A DNA stretch of 64,000 bases, taken from contig NC_058368.1 in the NCBI RefSeq assembly GCF_018350175.1, forward strand, positions 37,016,001-37,080,000, read 5' to 3'. The notes under the pieces are model-generated. The model was not told the origin of the DNA. It saw only the letters and a list, made by a program, of their open reading frames with translations, and made no database searches. The translations under genes and the position numbers were made by a program. Below, in pieces: positions 34,981 through 49,032 of the stretch (position 1 is the first letter of the stretch; each line of letters begins with the position of its first letter). The DNA comes from Felis catus. Taxonomy: Eukaryota.

Positions 34981-37900
34981 ATAGATAAGTGAAAATATAT
35001 ATGTATATAAATTATATAAGAGAATAAAATTATGCACACTGTTGTGTAATAGCTAAATTCTATCTTTGAGAAAAGAACTTTCAGAAAATTAAAAAAATCT
35101 ATTTTAAATGAATCTCTTAAAATTTTGTTTTACACATTGGCTATATCTTTGCAAAGAATATTAGGCTTAAGATTACAAAGGCATCTTGTTAAATAATGCC
35201 TGGGAAAATGTGCATCTAGTCACTGGCTCAGATCATTCCTAGTATATACAGTTGCCTATTACCTTTTGCAATCCAGGTAGTTAATGCTACAATGAACTCC
35301 AAGCCCGTGTGTCTATTTTTACAGTACTTTCTCAAAACAAGGGCTTTTGGCAAGCAAAGTGTTCTGTTCATGTTAAAATAGGCCATAAAGTGAAACAGTA
35401 CTGTTTTACATTTTGCTATAATTTTCCATTTGCTTCTAATTATCTTGCTATTGAATAAACACTTTTACAGTTTTTTTCATAGATACGGTAGAGTTGCTTT
35501 GGATCTAGTCAGTTTAAATAATTTTGTGTATCACAGAATGTCTCAAAACATCTTTAACATTCTAAATGGTTTCCATTTGGCTACATCCCAACTAGAGCTG
35601 AAGTGGAAAAAAAACAGGGGGTGTGAAGGTATAATATCCTTTTGTTTGTATTTTATTAGATTGCAGTTTGCCTAATCCTCTTTATGCTAGTTTTCGTTTG
35701 ATGTAAATGAAATTGGCTGAGTGACATAGCGCTGAACGGAAGGGTTAGGAATGAAAGCTCTGATGCCAAATCAACTATAATATTTTTAATCAGAGTTAAT
35801 TGATGCCAGCTGTGTGGTCTGTGTGCGATTTTGCATTTATGGGTGAAGAAAGGTGTGGTTGCTGTTATTTCAATTTAGAAGCTGGAAGTCCTTGCCAGTT
35901 ATTATGAATCTATGGATAGGGGCATGCTTTATGTTTATTGCACAGAGAAAAGACTTCAGTGGTTCAAGTGGTACAGTGTAATTTGGATTATTAGCATGAG
36001 ACATTTTGTTTCTTTCATAATTGCATGGGAGCAAATAACAGACCTGGTATATAGTTTTATGACTGACTTTAGGAAAATATAATAGGTCTCTTTGATGATG
36101 TTATTTATTAATGTGTTGCAACATCAGATCTAAACCATTCTGAAAAGTCCAAATCTGTAATTACATCTTCATTAATTTTTTTCTGAAGATTAGTATACTT
36201 ATAATTTAACTCATTCCAATTTAAATTGGCATTAATTGGGGCTGACCACAAAATAGTACTTTAAAACTCAGACACACACATCCAGTACACTCACGTGTAT
36301 ACATACAGTGTACTCATGCACTTAATACTCACTCACATGGACGTACACACATATATTCACACCCAAGAGAATTCCAAAATCAGTTTAAATATATTATAAT
36401 GGTTGTGAAAGTTGTTTGATGACATATTCAAAATAGATTTTTAACTGTTGGCTTTGATTTGCCTCACAGAAATGACAGTTCTAAATTTTCTCTTGTCTTT
36501 CACAAGAAAAGGGGTCACACATCCTATAAGCATTATTATTTACATTGTATCAAGACTACTTTTATATGATAAATCCATATGTGAACTGATTTAAACATAT
36601 TGTCTCATATAGACCACATGCTGCAACACTAATGGATTCACCATTTAGTTGAACACCTACTTGAAACCTTTTGTCAAGTAATCATGTTTAAAAGGGGATA
36701 TGCTCATCTTAGGCTAATTAAATTAATCAAATCTGTACATAATTCTGATGGTTAGAATATATATTTTTAATATTGAGCCATAAGTCCTTGGACTTGTGGC
36801 TATTAAACGGTTCTACCCCCTTCATTTTTCTGCTTAAAAACAAAATTGGAATATGCTTTTAGCACCTGAGAAGGTGGTGAAGAAATTAGTTCTCTATTGG
36901 GAGCATGAGACCAAACTTAGATATTCAGGGATTTCTCCTATTCCTTTCTAATTCCAATTTAGAGAGCAAATATCAGAAAAGATCGAGGCTATTTTGTGGG
37001 TATGTAAAGTATCACCCTTGATTGTTTGAACTTAGCTTTCCACCAATATTTTTACCTTTCCAGCAATTACTTTTTTACAGTAAAATACACTAAAAAGAGG
37101 CTATTCATTAAAAAATTAGGTTAGAAGTTCATGAAAATAAAGACATGATTTTTTTCTCTAGCCATCTTCCCACAAAAAACCAAAAACCAACAAACAGAAC
37201 AACAACAAAAACCTGTCTGGTACTTACTCATTTTCAGAGAGACTTAAATTAACTAGTTGTTAAAGTCTGAAGATACTTTAGGTTACAAATGTTTCTGAAA
37301 TGCCTGTTTAGTGTGCCCAAATTCAGAATGACACTTTCATATCTCTGTTCTAACCTTTTAACATATCTAGATAATTCCCTTTAAATATGTGTCTTCAATG
37401 TGATTATTTCATAAAATGATTATTATTCCCTAAGGAAAAGCTTATATGTACAATTATTTTTAATTGAAAATGTTACAGTATGGCAATTTCTACTGTAATA
37501 CCAGATGGCCTTTTTTTTTCAGGTATGAAATTTTAAGATTAAAAATAGCATAAAATATGAGAGTTTGTATCCAGGATTTGTGAGAACATTTAAAATTTCC
37601 CCTATTCACAGGTAGAGTGAATGAAGACTTCCTTTCCAACCCATTCAATTTTTCCCTCATCTTAAATTTTTTGATATAAAGGAGATTTAGATATTTTCCA
37701 ATTCACATCATTCTACTGATAAATCTTTAACATAATGCAAATAAGAAATGTAACTCAGCTTTTCAGTGCAAAGATATTGCCTGTCAATTTGCATTAAAAC
37801 ATTTTTAGGGACTAACATATATGATGAATTTGTTTTTGAAAAAATATTGATAGTGTTATTTTATACTCTTTGTTATTCCAATTGGAAAGCAAAATACTGA

Positions 37901-38176
37901 AGTGGTTTATAGCAAATGTTAAATCTTATAGACAGACTCTTTTCCATTTCAAGGTAACTATAAAAAGAGAGAGAGAAGGAGTGGGGGAGGAGGGGGAGAG
38001 AATGTAGAAACTATGGATTGTCCTCTTCGTCCTCTTTTTAAATGAACTCATGATTTCATTGAACTTTGTCTCTTGTATTATTGAAATGCTCTACATCTCA
38101 GGTAGATATACAATAAGCTTGGAGCAGGGAAAAAAAAAGGCAGAACTTCCCCTCTTTTGATTCATTTTTAGAGGCT

Positions 38177-38505
38177 TGTTAATGAAAAAAAAATATTCTG
38201 ACACATGATGAAAGGGTAAGGAAGACAATTCAGGATGATCATTGTAGTAGAGAAGTACTGATCTTTACTTTGAATTCAGAAAATGAAAAGTAGGGCTTTG
38301 TAGCTGAGAAGTAGGTTGGGGGTTGGGTGGGTGGAAAATTAGTAAGGGAAATACCAAGGGTAGGCTGGATTCTAGCTAAACTGATATATCAACACAATTC
38401 TACCTGAAGGCAGTCCAAGGAGATCGGATGTCAAGAGTGGGAGATTCTCTCTAAACTGACGAACTGATTTGTCAGGATTCTTGTTAAAACTGGACTTTGC
38501 AGACC
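38177..38505 (-). mobile_element. ERV1 LTR fragment (MER31-like)
   Basis: GGGTGGAAAATTA.TAAG, GGATTCT..CTAAACTGA repeats, GGATTCTTGTTAAAACTGGACT. Confidence 0.65.
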
Positions 38506-40084
38506 TGGCATGGAAGGAAGTGTTTGGTAGTCTTCCGTTGTGATGGCAATGTTGATAATCAATTTAAAACACTCTAGGAAAATATGGAAAAAAAAGTCTA
38601 GGGAAATATGAAACCATAGCTAAAAATAAACATTTTTTTTCAGAAAAGTCTTATTGCCTTTTGCTACATCTCTTAATTGAAATGAAAGACATTTGCATTT
38701 AGTTCTATGATAAAAGAATATTGTGAGAGATTAAAGCTTTGATTTTCTTATTGATATATAAAAGGCAATATAAAAGGAAGATTGGTATATAAAAGGCAAT
38801 CAACTGAATTTATTTAAGTGTAATTTTTTTTCAAAAGCCTTAAAAAGTAGTCCAACTGGAAAATCAAGCATACTCATAACCTATCAGATTATTCCTCTGT
38901 ATTTGAACAGAATGACTGTTGTTAACCTCCATCAAGTGTGAATTAATTATGCCTTCGATTACATTTCTATTACTATCTCCGCTGAAGGTTAAAGTGTTTT
39001 TTAAGTTTGTTGTTTAAAGAAACTACTTAGAATCCACGCTGACTACTGAATATCCATGTGGAAAATGATGTATGAATCAAGCGTAATGTGAATGAGTACC
39101 TGATCCAAATTTATATGATATAAAGATTTAAATGAGATATATACATATATATACATATATATATGTATATATCTATATTTCAGTGAAGACAGAAGCCACA
39201 TAGTATGTTTTTTTTTTCATAGCTAAAGTGTATTTATCACATACTGTGCTATGCTAAGCCATTTATCCGTTTTCTTGATGTTTTAAGTTTTTATTTATAT
39301 TTCAGTAAGTTAACATACAACGTTATATTAGTTTCATGTGTGCAATATAGTGATTTGGCAATTCCATACATAATCTCCTGCTCATCACAATAACTGCATT
39401 TAATCCCCATCACCTATTTCACTCAACCCCCACCCATCTTCTGTCTAGTAACCGTCAGTTTGTTCTCTACGGTTAAGAACCAGTTTCTTGGTTTGCCTCT
39501 TGGTTTGCCTCTCTCCTTTTTCCCCCTTTGCTCATTTGTTTTGTTTCTGATTCCACATATGAGTGAAATCATATATTTGTCTTTTTCTGACTGACTTATT
39601 TCAGTTAGCATAATACTCTCTAGTTTCATCCATTTTGTTACAAATGGCAAGATTTTATTTTTTATGGTTGAGTAATATTCTGTTACTTGATATATAGCTG
39701 TTTCCATAATTAGGCTATTATAGATAATGCTGCTATAAACCTCAGGTTGCATGTATCCCTTTGAATTAGTTATATATGTATATATAATTTTTTTTAATTA
39801 CCGTCCAAGTTAGCATATAGTGCTATAATTTCAGGAGTAGATTCCAGTGATTCAAACCCTGTGTATAACACCCAGTGATCATCCCAACAGGTATCATCCT
39901 TAATGCCCCTTATCCATATAACCCATCCCCCCACCTGCAACATCTCCAGCAATGCTCAGATTGTTCTCTGTATTTGAGTCTCTTATGTTTTGTCCTTCTC
40001 CTTGTTTTTATGTTATTTTTGCTTCCCTTCTCTTATGTTCATCTATTTTGTATCTTAAATTCCACATACAATTGAAGCCATATG

Positions 40085-40192
40085 ATATTTCTCTTTCTCT
40101 GACTAATTTTGCTTAGTATAATACCTTCGAGTTTCATCCACGTAGCTGCAAATGGCGAGATTTTGTTCTTTTTGATTGCCGAGTAATACTCC

Positions 40193-40236
<44 letters not shown>

Positions 40237-43200
40237 ACTTCTTCTTTATCCATTCATCTGTTGATGGATATATGGGCTCTTTCTGTACTTTGGCTATTAT
40301 CAAAAGTGCTGCTTTATACATTGGGGTGCATGTGCCCCTTCAGAGCAGCACATCTGTATCCCTTGGATAAATACCTAGTAGTGCAATTGCTGGGTCATGG
40401 GGTAGTTCTATTTTTAACTTTTTGATGAACCTCCATACTGTTTTCCAGAGTGGCTGCACCACTTTGTACTCCCACCAGCAGTGCAAAAGAAATCCTCTTT
40501 CTCCACATCCTTGCCAACATCTCTTGTTGCCTGAGTTGTTAATTTTAGACATTCTGACGGCTATAAGGTGGTATCTTATTGTGATTTTGATCTGTATTTC
40601 CCAATGATGAGTGATGTTGAGCATTTTTTCATGTGTCAGTTGACCATCTGGATGTCGTCTTTGGAGAAGTGTCTATTCATGTCTTTTGCCCATTTCTTCA
40701 CTGTTTGTGAAGTCTTGGGGTTTGTGAAGTTTGTGAAGTTTTTGGGTCTTTAGTTTGACAAGTTCTTTATAGATTTTGGATACTAACCCTTTTCTGATCT
40801 GTCATTTGCAAATATCTTCTCCCATTCTGTAGGCTGCCTTTTCATTTTGCTGATTGTTTCCTTCACCATGCAGAAGCTTTTTATTTTGATGAGGTCCCAA
40901 TAGTTCATTTTGCTTTTGTTTCCCTTGCCTCTGGAGACATGTTGAGTAAGAAGTTGCTGCAGCCAACGTCAAAGAGGTTTTTGCCTGCTTTCTCCTCTAG
41001 TATTTTGATGGCTTCCTGCCTCATCTTTAGGCCTTTCATCCATTTTGCGTTTATTTTTGAGTGTGGTGTAAGAAAGTGGTCCAGTATTCCCAACACCATT
41101 TGCTGAAGAGACTGTCTTTATTCCATTGGATATTCTTTCCTGTTTTGTCAAGGATTAGTTGGCCATACATTTGTTGGTCCATTTCTCAGTTGTCTATTCT
41201 GTTCCATTGATCTGAGTGTCTGTTTTTGTGCCACTACCATACTGTCTTGATTACAGCTTTGTAATACATTTTGAAGTCCAGAATTGTGATGCCTCCAGTT
41301 TTGGTTTTCTTTTTCAGGATTACTTTGCCTGTTCGAGGCCTTTTGTGGATCTATACAAATTTTAGGATTATTTCTTCTAGCTCTGTGAAGATTCTGGTGT
41401 TATTTTGATAGGGATTGCATTGAATATATAGATTATTTTTGGTAGTATTGGCATTTTAACAATATTTGTTCTTCCAATGCATGAACATTGCATTGAACAA
41501 TGCATTGAAATTTTTTTTCATTTTTTTGTGTCTGTTTTAATTTATTTCATAAGTTTTATATAGTTTTCAGTGTATAGATTTTTCATCTCTTTGGTTAGGT
41601 TTATTCCTAGTTATCTTATGGATTTTGGTGCAATTATAAATGGGATCAAGTCCTTGACTTCTCTTACTGTTGCTTCATTATTGGTGTATAGAAATGCAAC
41701 TGATTTCTGTGCATTGATTTTTGTATCCTGAGACTTTGCTGAATTCATGGATCAGTTCTACCAGTTTTATGGTGGAATATTTTGGGTTTTCCATATAGAG
41801 TATCATGTTGTCTGCGAAGAGTGAAACTTTCACTTCCTTGTGGCTGATTTGGATGCCTTTTATTCCTTTGTTTTGTGTGATTGCTGAGGCTAGGACTTCC
41901 AACACTATGTTGAATAGCAGTGGTGAGAGTGGACATCCCTGTCATGTTCCTGATTTTAACGGGAGAGTTCTCAGTTTTTCCCCATTGAGGATAATATTAG
42001 TGATTGGTCTTTCATCATATATGGCTTTTATGATCTTGAGGTATGATCCTTCTGTCCCTACTTTCTTAAGGGTTTTTATCAAGAAAGAATGCTGTATTTT
42101 GTCACATGCTTTCTCTGCATCTATTGAGAGGATCATGTGGTTCTTGTCCTTTCTTTTTTTGATGTGATGTATCACATTGATTGTTTTGCAGATATTGAAC
42201 CAGCCCTACATCCCAGGTATAAATCCCACTTGGTTGTGGTGAATAATTCTTTAAATGTATTGTTGGATCCAGTTGGCTAGTATCTTGTTGAGGATTTTTG
42301 CATCCATTTTCACTACAGAAATTGATCTGTAGTTCTCCTTTTCAGTGGGGTCTTTGGTTTTGGAATCAAGGTAATGCTGGCTTCATAGAATGAGTTTGGC
42401 AGTTTTCCTTCCATGTCTATTTTTTAGAACAGTTTCCAAAGAATACAAGCTAACTCTTTAAATATTTGGTAGAATTCCCTTGGAAAGCCATCCGGTTCTG
42501 GACTCTTGTTTTCTAGGAGATTTTTGATTGCTAACTTGATTTCTTTACTCGATATAGGTCTATTCAAATTATCTATTTCTTCTTGTTTCAGTTTTGGTGG
42601 CTTATATTTCCCTAGGAATTTGTCCATTTCTTCCAGATTGCCCAATGTATTGGCATATAATTGCTCATAATATTCTCTTATCATTGTTTGTATTTCTGCC
42701 GTGTTGGTTGTGATTTCTCCTTTCTTTTTTGATTTTATTTATTTGGGCCATTTCCTTTTCCTTTTTCTTTTTGATCAATCTGGCTAGGGGTTTATCAATT
42801 TTGTTAATTCTTTAAAAAAAACCAGGTCTTGTTTTCATGGATCTCTTCTGTTTTTTATTTTTATTTTTTGATAGCATTGATTTCTGCTCTAATCTTAATT
42901 ATTTCTCATCTTCCTGTGGTTCTGAGTTTTATTTGCTGTTGTTTTTCCAGCTCTTTAAGGTGTAAGATTAGGTTGTGTATCTGAGACCTTTCTTCTTCTT
43001 TAGGAAGACTTGGATTTCTCTGTACATCCCTCTTATGACCACCTTTGCTGTGTCCCTGAGGTTTTGGACTGTGGTGTTATCATTTTCATTGGCTTCCATG
43101 ATCTTTTTAATTTCCTCTTTAACTTCTTGGTTAGCCCATTCATTCTTTAGTAGGATGTTATTTAGTCACTAAGTATTTGTTGCCTTTCCAAATTTTTTCT

Positions 43201-43901
43201 TGTGGTTGATTTTGAGTTTCATAGCATTGTTGTCTGAAAATATACATGGTATGATCTCGATCTTTTTGTACTTGTTGAGGGCTGATTTGTGTCCCAGCAT
43301 GTGAGCTATTCTGCAGAACATTCCATGTGCACTGGAGAAGAATGTATATTCTGCTGCTTTAGGATGAAATGTTCTGAATATATCTGTTAAGTCCATCTGG
43401 TGCAGTGTGTCATTCAAAGCCATTGTTTCCTTGTTGATTTTCTGTCTGTCCGTTGCCGTAAGTGGGGTGTTGAAGTCCCCTACTATTATGGTATTATTGT
43501 AAATAGTTTCTGTTTGTGATTAATTGATTTATATATTTGGGTTCTCCCTTGTTTGGAGCATAAATGTTTACTATTTTTAGATCTTCTTGGTGGATAGACC
43601 CCTTAATTCTGATATAATGCTCTTCTTCATCTCTTGTTACAGTCTTTATTTTAAAATCTAGATTGTCGGATATAAGTATGGCTACTCTGGCTTTCTTCTA
43701 GTGACCACTAGCCTGATAGATGGTTCTCCATCTCCTTTTTTTCAATCTGAAGGTGACTTTAGGTCTACAGTGGGTCTCTTGTAAACAGCATATAGATGGA
43801 TCTTCTTTTTTAATCCATTCTGCTACCCTGTGTCTTTTGATGGGATCATTTAGTCCATTGATATTTAGAGTGAGTACTAAAAGATATGAATTTATTGCCA
43901 T
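40085..43901 (-). pseudogene. L1 ORF2 of the inner element, inactivated
   Basis: [32 protein letters not shown] start; RT motif mutated to FADN; multiple frameshifts. Confidence 0.93.
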
Positions 43902-43949
43902 TGTGTTGCCTGTAGAGTTGAAGTGTCTGGTGGTGTTCTCTGCTGCTTT

Positions 43950-44823
43950 CTAGTCTTTGTTGCTTTTGGCCTTTTTTGTTATGTTTCTTTTCTCCCCTCT
44001 GAGAATCCCCCTTAAAATTTCTTGCAGGGTTGGTTTAGTGGTCACAAACTTCTTTAGTTTTTGTTTATCTGGGAAACTTTTTATCTCTCTTATTTTGAAT
44101 GACAGCCTTGCTGGGTAAATAATTCTTGGCTTCATATGTTTCTGATTCAGCATATTGAATTTATCCTGCCACACCTTTCTGGCCTGCCAAATTTCTGTGG
44201 ATAGGACTGCTGTAGTCCTGATCTGTCTTCCATTATGGGTTGAGGACTTTTTTTCCATTGCTGCTTTCATGATTCTTTCCTTGTCTGTGTATTTTGTGAA
44301 TTTGTGATCAACCTTGTTGATGGTCGGTTTTTGTTGAATCTCATGGGAGTTCTCTGTGCTTCCTGGATTTTGATGTAAACCTTCTACCCCTTTTCCTCTC
44401 TCTTCATCTTCTGGCAGCCCCATGATTCAGATGTTATCCCTTTTTAATGAGTCACTGAGTTCTCTAATTCTTATATTGTGCTCTTGTGCCTTAGTTAGCC
44501 TCTTTTTTTTTCTGCTTCATTATTCTCCATAAGTTTGTCTTCTGTATCGCTCATTTGCTGCTGTTACATGTATCCTTGCTGCCATGGCATCCATTCATGA
44601 TTGCAATTCAGTTATAGCATCTTTAATTTTGTTCTGACTAGCTTTTACTTCTCTTATCTCCACAGAAAGGGATTCTATGCTTTTTTCAACTCCAGCTAGT
44701 ATTCTTATTATTGTGATTCTAAATTCTGGTTCAGACATCTTGCTTGTATCTGTGTTGATTAAATTCCTGGCTGTCATTTCTTCCTGTTCTTTCTTTTGGA
44801 GTGAATTTCTTCATTTCATCATT
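43950..44823 (-). pseudogene. L1 ORF1 of the inner element, inactivated
   Basis: Fragments SKMSEPEFRITIIRILAG and KPRIIYPARLSFKI..KSFPDKQKLKKFVTTKPTLQEIL; stops and an internal deletion near 44375. Confidence 0.9.
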
Positions 44824-45371
44824 CAGGAGGAAGAAAAATAATAACATAAGTAAAATTTAAAAATTAGAAACAACACCGAAAAATCAAATAAAGGATGTTA
44901 TATCCTAGATATGTTTTGGTCTGGTTGTTGAAAGAATTTTGATAGACTAGAGAAAAATGGAAAAGAAAAGAAAAGAAAAAAAATGAAAAAAAGTAGGAAA
45001 CGTTTAAAAATTAATAAAAAATGATTAAAATAAAATAGAATAAAAGGAAATGAAAGTAAAATAAAATAAAAAAATTACAAAAAATAAAAAATATACTAGG
45101 AAAAAAGGAAAAATCTTTTTTTATAAAAATGGAAAATATAAATGTTTTTTTTCTTTCTGTATTCAAGAATAAGAAAAGGAAAAGGAAAAAATTGAATAGA
45201 TGAACTACCAAAAAGAATGAAATATTATTGAAATTACATCCAGTTTCCCCTAGAAATCAAACTACGAAGAACTTTATAATCCGTAAACTAAAGCAGGAGA
45301 AGAGACTTGTGGTGTTCCTCTAGAGCATAGTTGACACAGTTGGATGGGGCTTGATGTAACAGCTCCATTCT

Positions 45372-45385
45372 CCACTAGATGGTGC
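45372..45385 (+). promoter_or_regulatory. CTCF-motif match in L1 5'UTR (sequence match only)
   Basis: CCACTAGATGGTGC differs from the CCASYAGRKGGCRS core only by a CpG-type C>T change. Confidence 0.4.
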
Positions 45386-46486
45386 TACTTAGCTTACTGG
45401 GGTGGATCATTGTGGTGCAGGTACGGTTGTATGTGCATGTGCAGGAGAGGTGAAAATGGCATCACCCAGCTACCCATTCTGTAGTATCAGAACTTTGTGC
45501 TCTTACCAACTAGCAATCAAGCATCCCTCCCTTGGTCTGGTTTCTCTCCACTTCTTGCTGTCCATGAGCAAGCCATCAGCGTGCCAGGCAGCCCCTCTCT
45601 CCTGAGTTTTATCTCAGATGAGGCTGTTTCCAAACCCCTCCTCACTTCTGAGGGCCCTGCAGCTATCACCCACTCTGACCCTTTCGGGGAAGGTCTTGCC
45701 TAGCAATGGCCGGGTGCCAGCCTGCCCCCAGGAACTTTTGCATGACTGCGCTGCTGCAGATGCCAGAGACTGAGGCCGGGTGCCAGTCTGCCCCAGAAAA
45801 AATTTGTGCAATTGTGTGACAGCAGCAGTAGCAGCATTTCAGGAATAATGGTAAATCACAACACACATCTGGTGCCAGGCTTCACCACCCTCTAATGTCC
45901 TTGTTCCAATACCAGCAAACATGGCTGTTCTCCAGGGTCAGCTGGGACCTTTGCCTGTGGGGAGGCTGCATAGCAACTACCAAATGTTCTCTCAGCAGGT
46001 GTACCACCTCTCCCCATGGACCCCTCACACTTCACTGCCTGCTCCTGGGGTTTCGCCCTTCCCACCAGAGCTCTGCCAATTATCGAGTTGCAGAGTTTTA
46101 GACACTTGTACTCCCCTGTTTATAGAGTTCTAATGGTATTTAAGCCCTCTCTTTTTTCCTTTTTCCTTTCTCCCTGTCTTATTCAGTTCTTTATGGGTGT
46201 TTCCACTCTTTCACTTTCTCTCTAGCTGCTTTTGGGGGGAGTGCTTTTCCTGTAATCTCCCCCCTGTCTCTGTCCTCTCTCCACAAGCAAAAACAGCTCC
46301 CTACCCTCTGCAGTTTCTTTCCCCCCAGTTCACCTCTCCATGCCACGTACCTGCAGAGTTCTGTGGCTCAAGTTAATGCAGATTGTGGTGTTAATCCTCA
46401 GATCAATTTTGTAGGTGTGCAAGATGGTTTAGTTTTTATCTAGCTGCATTTCAGGGGTATGAGAAGTGGAAAATTCCATGTTGTCT

Positions 46487-46495
46487 GCCATCTTG
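46487..46495 (-). promoter_or_regulatory. YY1-type motif at the L1 5' terminus
   Basis: CAAGATGGC about 8 nt from the element start, the position known for the L1 internal promoter YY1 site. Confidence 0.5.
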
Positions 46496-48807
46496 GCCCC
46501 TCTTGAATTAGTATTTTTGTATCCTTTGGGTAAATACCTAGTACTGTGATTGCTGGATCTTAGGATAATTCTATTCTTGATTTTTTGAGGAATCTACATA
46601 TTGATTACCAGAGTGGCTGTACATCTTTGCATTCCCATGAATAGTGCAAGATGGTTTCCCTTTCTCCACAACCTGCCCTATACCTGTTGTTTCCTGTGTT
46701 GTTAATTTTAGCCATTTTGACAGGTATGAGGTGATATTTCATTGTAGTTTTGATTTGTATTTCCCTGATGATAAATGATGTTGAACATCTTTTCATATGT
46801 CTCATGGCCACCTGCATGTCTTCTTTGAAAACAAATGTCTATTTAGATCTTCTACCTATTTTTAATTGGATTATTTGTAGTTTGGGTGTTGAGTTTGATA
46901 TATTCTTTCTATATTTTGGACACTAACTCTTTATCAGATATGTCACTTGTAAATATCTTCTCCCATTCCATAGGTTGCTGTTTAGTTTTATTGACTATTT
47001 CCTTCAGTCTTCAGAAAGCTTTTTATTTTGATGTAGTCCCAATAATTTGTTTTTGATTTTATTTCCCTTGCCTCAGGAGACATTTCTAGAAAGAAGCTGC
47101 TACAGCCAATGTCAGAGACCTTATTGCCTGTGCTCCCATCTGGGATTTGTATGGTCTCAGGGCTCACATTTAGGTCTTTAACCCATTTTGAATTTATTTT
47201 TGCATATGGTGTAAGGAAGTGGTCCAATTTCGTTGTTTTGCATATGTCTGTCCAATTTTCCCAACACTATTTGTTGAAAACACTGTCTTTTTCCCATTGG
47301 ATATTCTTTCCTGCTTTGTTGAAGATTAATTGACCATATAACTGTGGGTTCATATCTGGGCTTTGTACTGTGTTCCATTGATTTATGGGTCTCTTTTTGT
47401 GCCAGTACCATACTGTTTTGATTATTACAACTTTGTAATATAACTTGAAGCCTGGAATTGTGATGCCTCCAGCTTTGTTTTTATTTTTCAACATTGTTTT
47501 GGCTACTCACAGTCTTTGGTGTTTCCATATAAATTTTAGAATTGATTATTCTAGCTCTGTGAAAAGTACTGGTGCTATTTTCATAGGGATTGCATTAAAT
47601 GTGTACATTGCTTTGGGTAGATAGATATTTTAGCAATATTTGTTCTTCCAATTAATGTGCATGGCATGTCTTTCCATTTCCTTGTATCATCTTCAATTTC
47701 TTTCATCAGTGTTCTATATTTTTCAGAATACAGGTCTTTTACTTCTTAGGTTAGCTTCATTCATAGGTATCATATTGTTTTTGGTACACTTGTAAATGAG
47801 ATCGATTCCTTAATTTCTACTGCCTCATTATTGGTGTATAGGAATGCAACAGATTTCTGTATGTTGATTTTGTAAAATCCTGCAAATTTACTTTGTGTAT
47901 CAGTTCTAGCACTAGTTTGGTAGAGTCTTCTGGGTTTTCTATATAGAATGTCTTGTTATTTGCATTTAGGAAAAGTTTGACTTCTTCCTTGCCAGCTTGG
48001 ATTCCTTTTATTTCTTTTTGTTGTATGATTACTGTTGCTAGGACTTCTAGTGCTATGTTGAATAAAAGTGTTGAGAGTGGGCATCCCTGTCTTGTTCCTG
48101 ACTATAGAGGAAAAGCTCTCAATTTTCCCCCACTGAGGATGCTATTAGCTGTGAGTTTTTAGTATATGGTCTTTATTATGTTGAGGTATATTCTCTTTAA
48201 AGCTACTTTGTTGAGGGATTTTTTTCTATCACGAATGGATGTTGTACTCTGTCAAATTCTTTTTTAGCATCTATTGAAATGATATGGTTCTTACCTTTCT
48301 TTTATTAATGTGGTATATCACATTGATTTGTGAATACTGAACCAGTAATAAAGCCCACTTGATCATAGTGAATGATCTTTTTAAAATATATTGTTGGATT
48401 TGGTTTGCTCATATCTTATTCAGAATTTTTGCATCTGTGTTCATCAGAGATATTGGCCTATAGTTGTCTTTTATAGTAGAATCTTTATCTGGTTTTGGTA
48501 TTAAGGTAATGCTGGCCTCATAGAATGAATTTGGAAGTTTTTATTCCTTTTTTATTTTTTGGAATAGTTTGAGAAGAATGGCTATTAACACTGCTTTAAA
48601 TGTTTGGTATAATACACCTTTGAAGCCATATGGTCCTAGACTTTTGTTTTTTGGGAGATTTTTGATTACTAATATAATTTCTTTGCTGGTCTGTAAAGTT
48701 TTCTATTTCTCTCTATTTCAGTTTTGGTAGTTTATATATCTCTAGAAATTTGTCCTTTCTTCCATGTTGTTCATTTTGTTGGTATATAGGGTTTCACAAT
48801 ATTCTCT

Positions 48808-49032
48808 CTTTTTTAAATAATTTTTTAAGTTTTTTTTTTTAATTTAGCTTGAGAGAGAAAGAGAGGAAGAGCGAGCACATGATCAGGCTAGGGGCAGAGA
48901 GAGAGAGGGACAGAGAGAATCCCAAGCAGGCTCTGCACTGTTCATACAGAGCCTGATGCAGGGCTTGATTTCATGAACCTGAGCCGAAATCAAGAATTGG
49001 ACAATTAACCAACTGAGCCACCCAGTCGCTCC
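48808..49032 (-). mobile_element. CanSINE in outer L1 ORF2
   Basis: TSD CACA(A/G)TATTCTCT at 48795-48807 and 49033-49045. Confidence 0.94.

Larger units (their letters stand above)
39771..46502 (-). mobile_element. Full-length (about 6.7 kb) felid-type L1 nested in the outer L1
   Basis: 5' end GAGGGGCCAAGATGGC; 5'UTR, ORF1, ORF2 and 3'UTR in order; TSD TTGAATTAGT at 39761-39770 and 46503-46512. Confidence 0.96.

Noticed and set aside
38750..38800. Repeated TATATAAAAGG TATA-like motifs
   Set aside because: Local short duplication in AT-rich DNA, with no CpG island, initiator context or downstream exon.
44830..45240. Extreme A-rich low-complexity tract
   Set aside because: It lies in the L1 5'UTR just upstream of ORF1 and appears to be part of the element rather than an independent feature.
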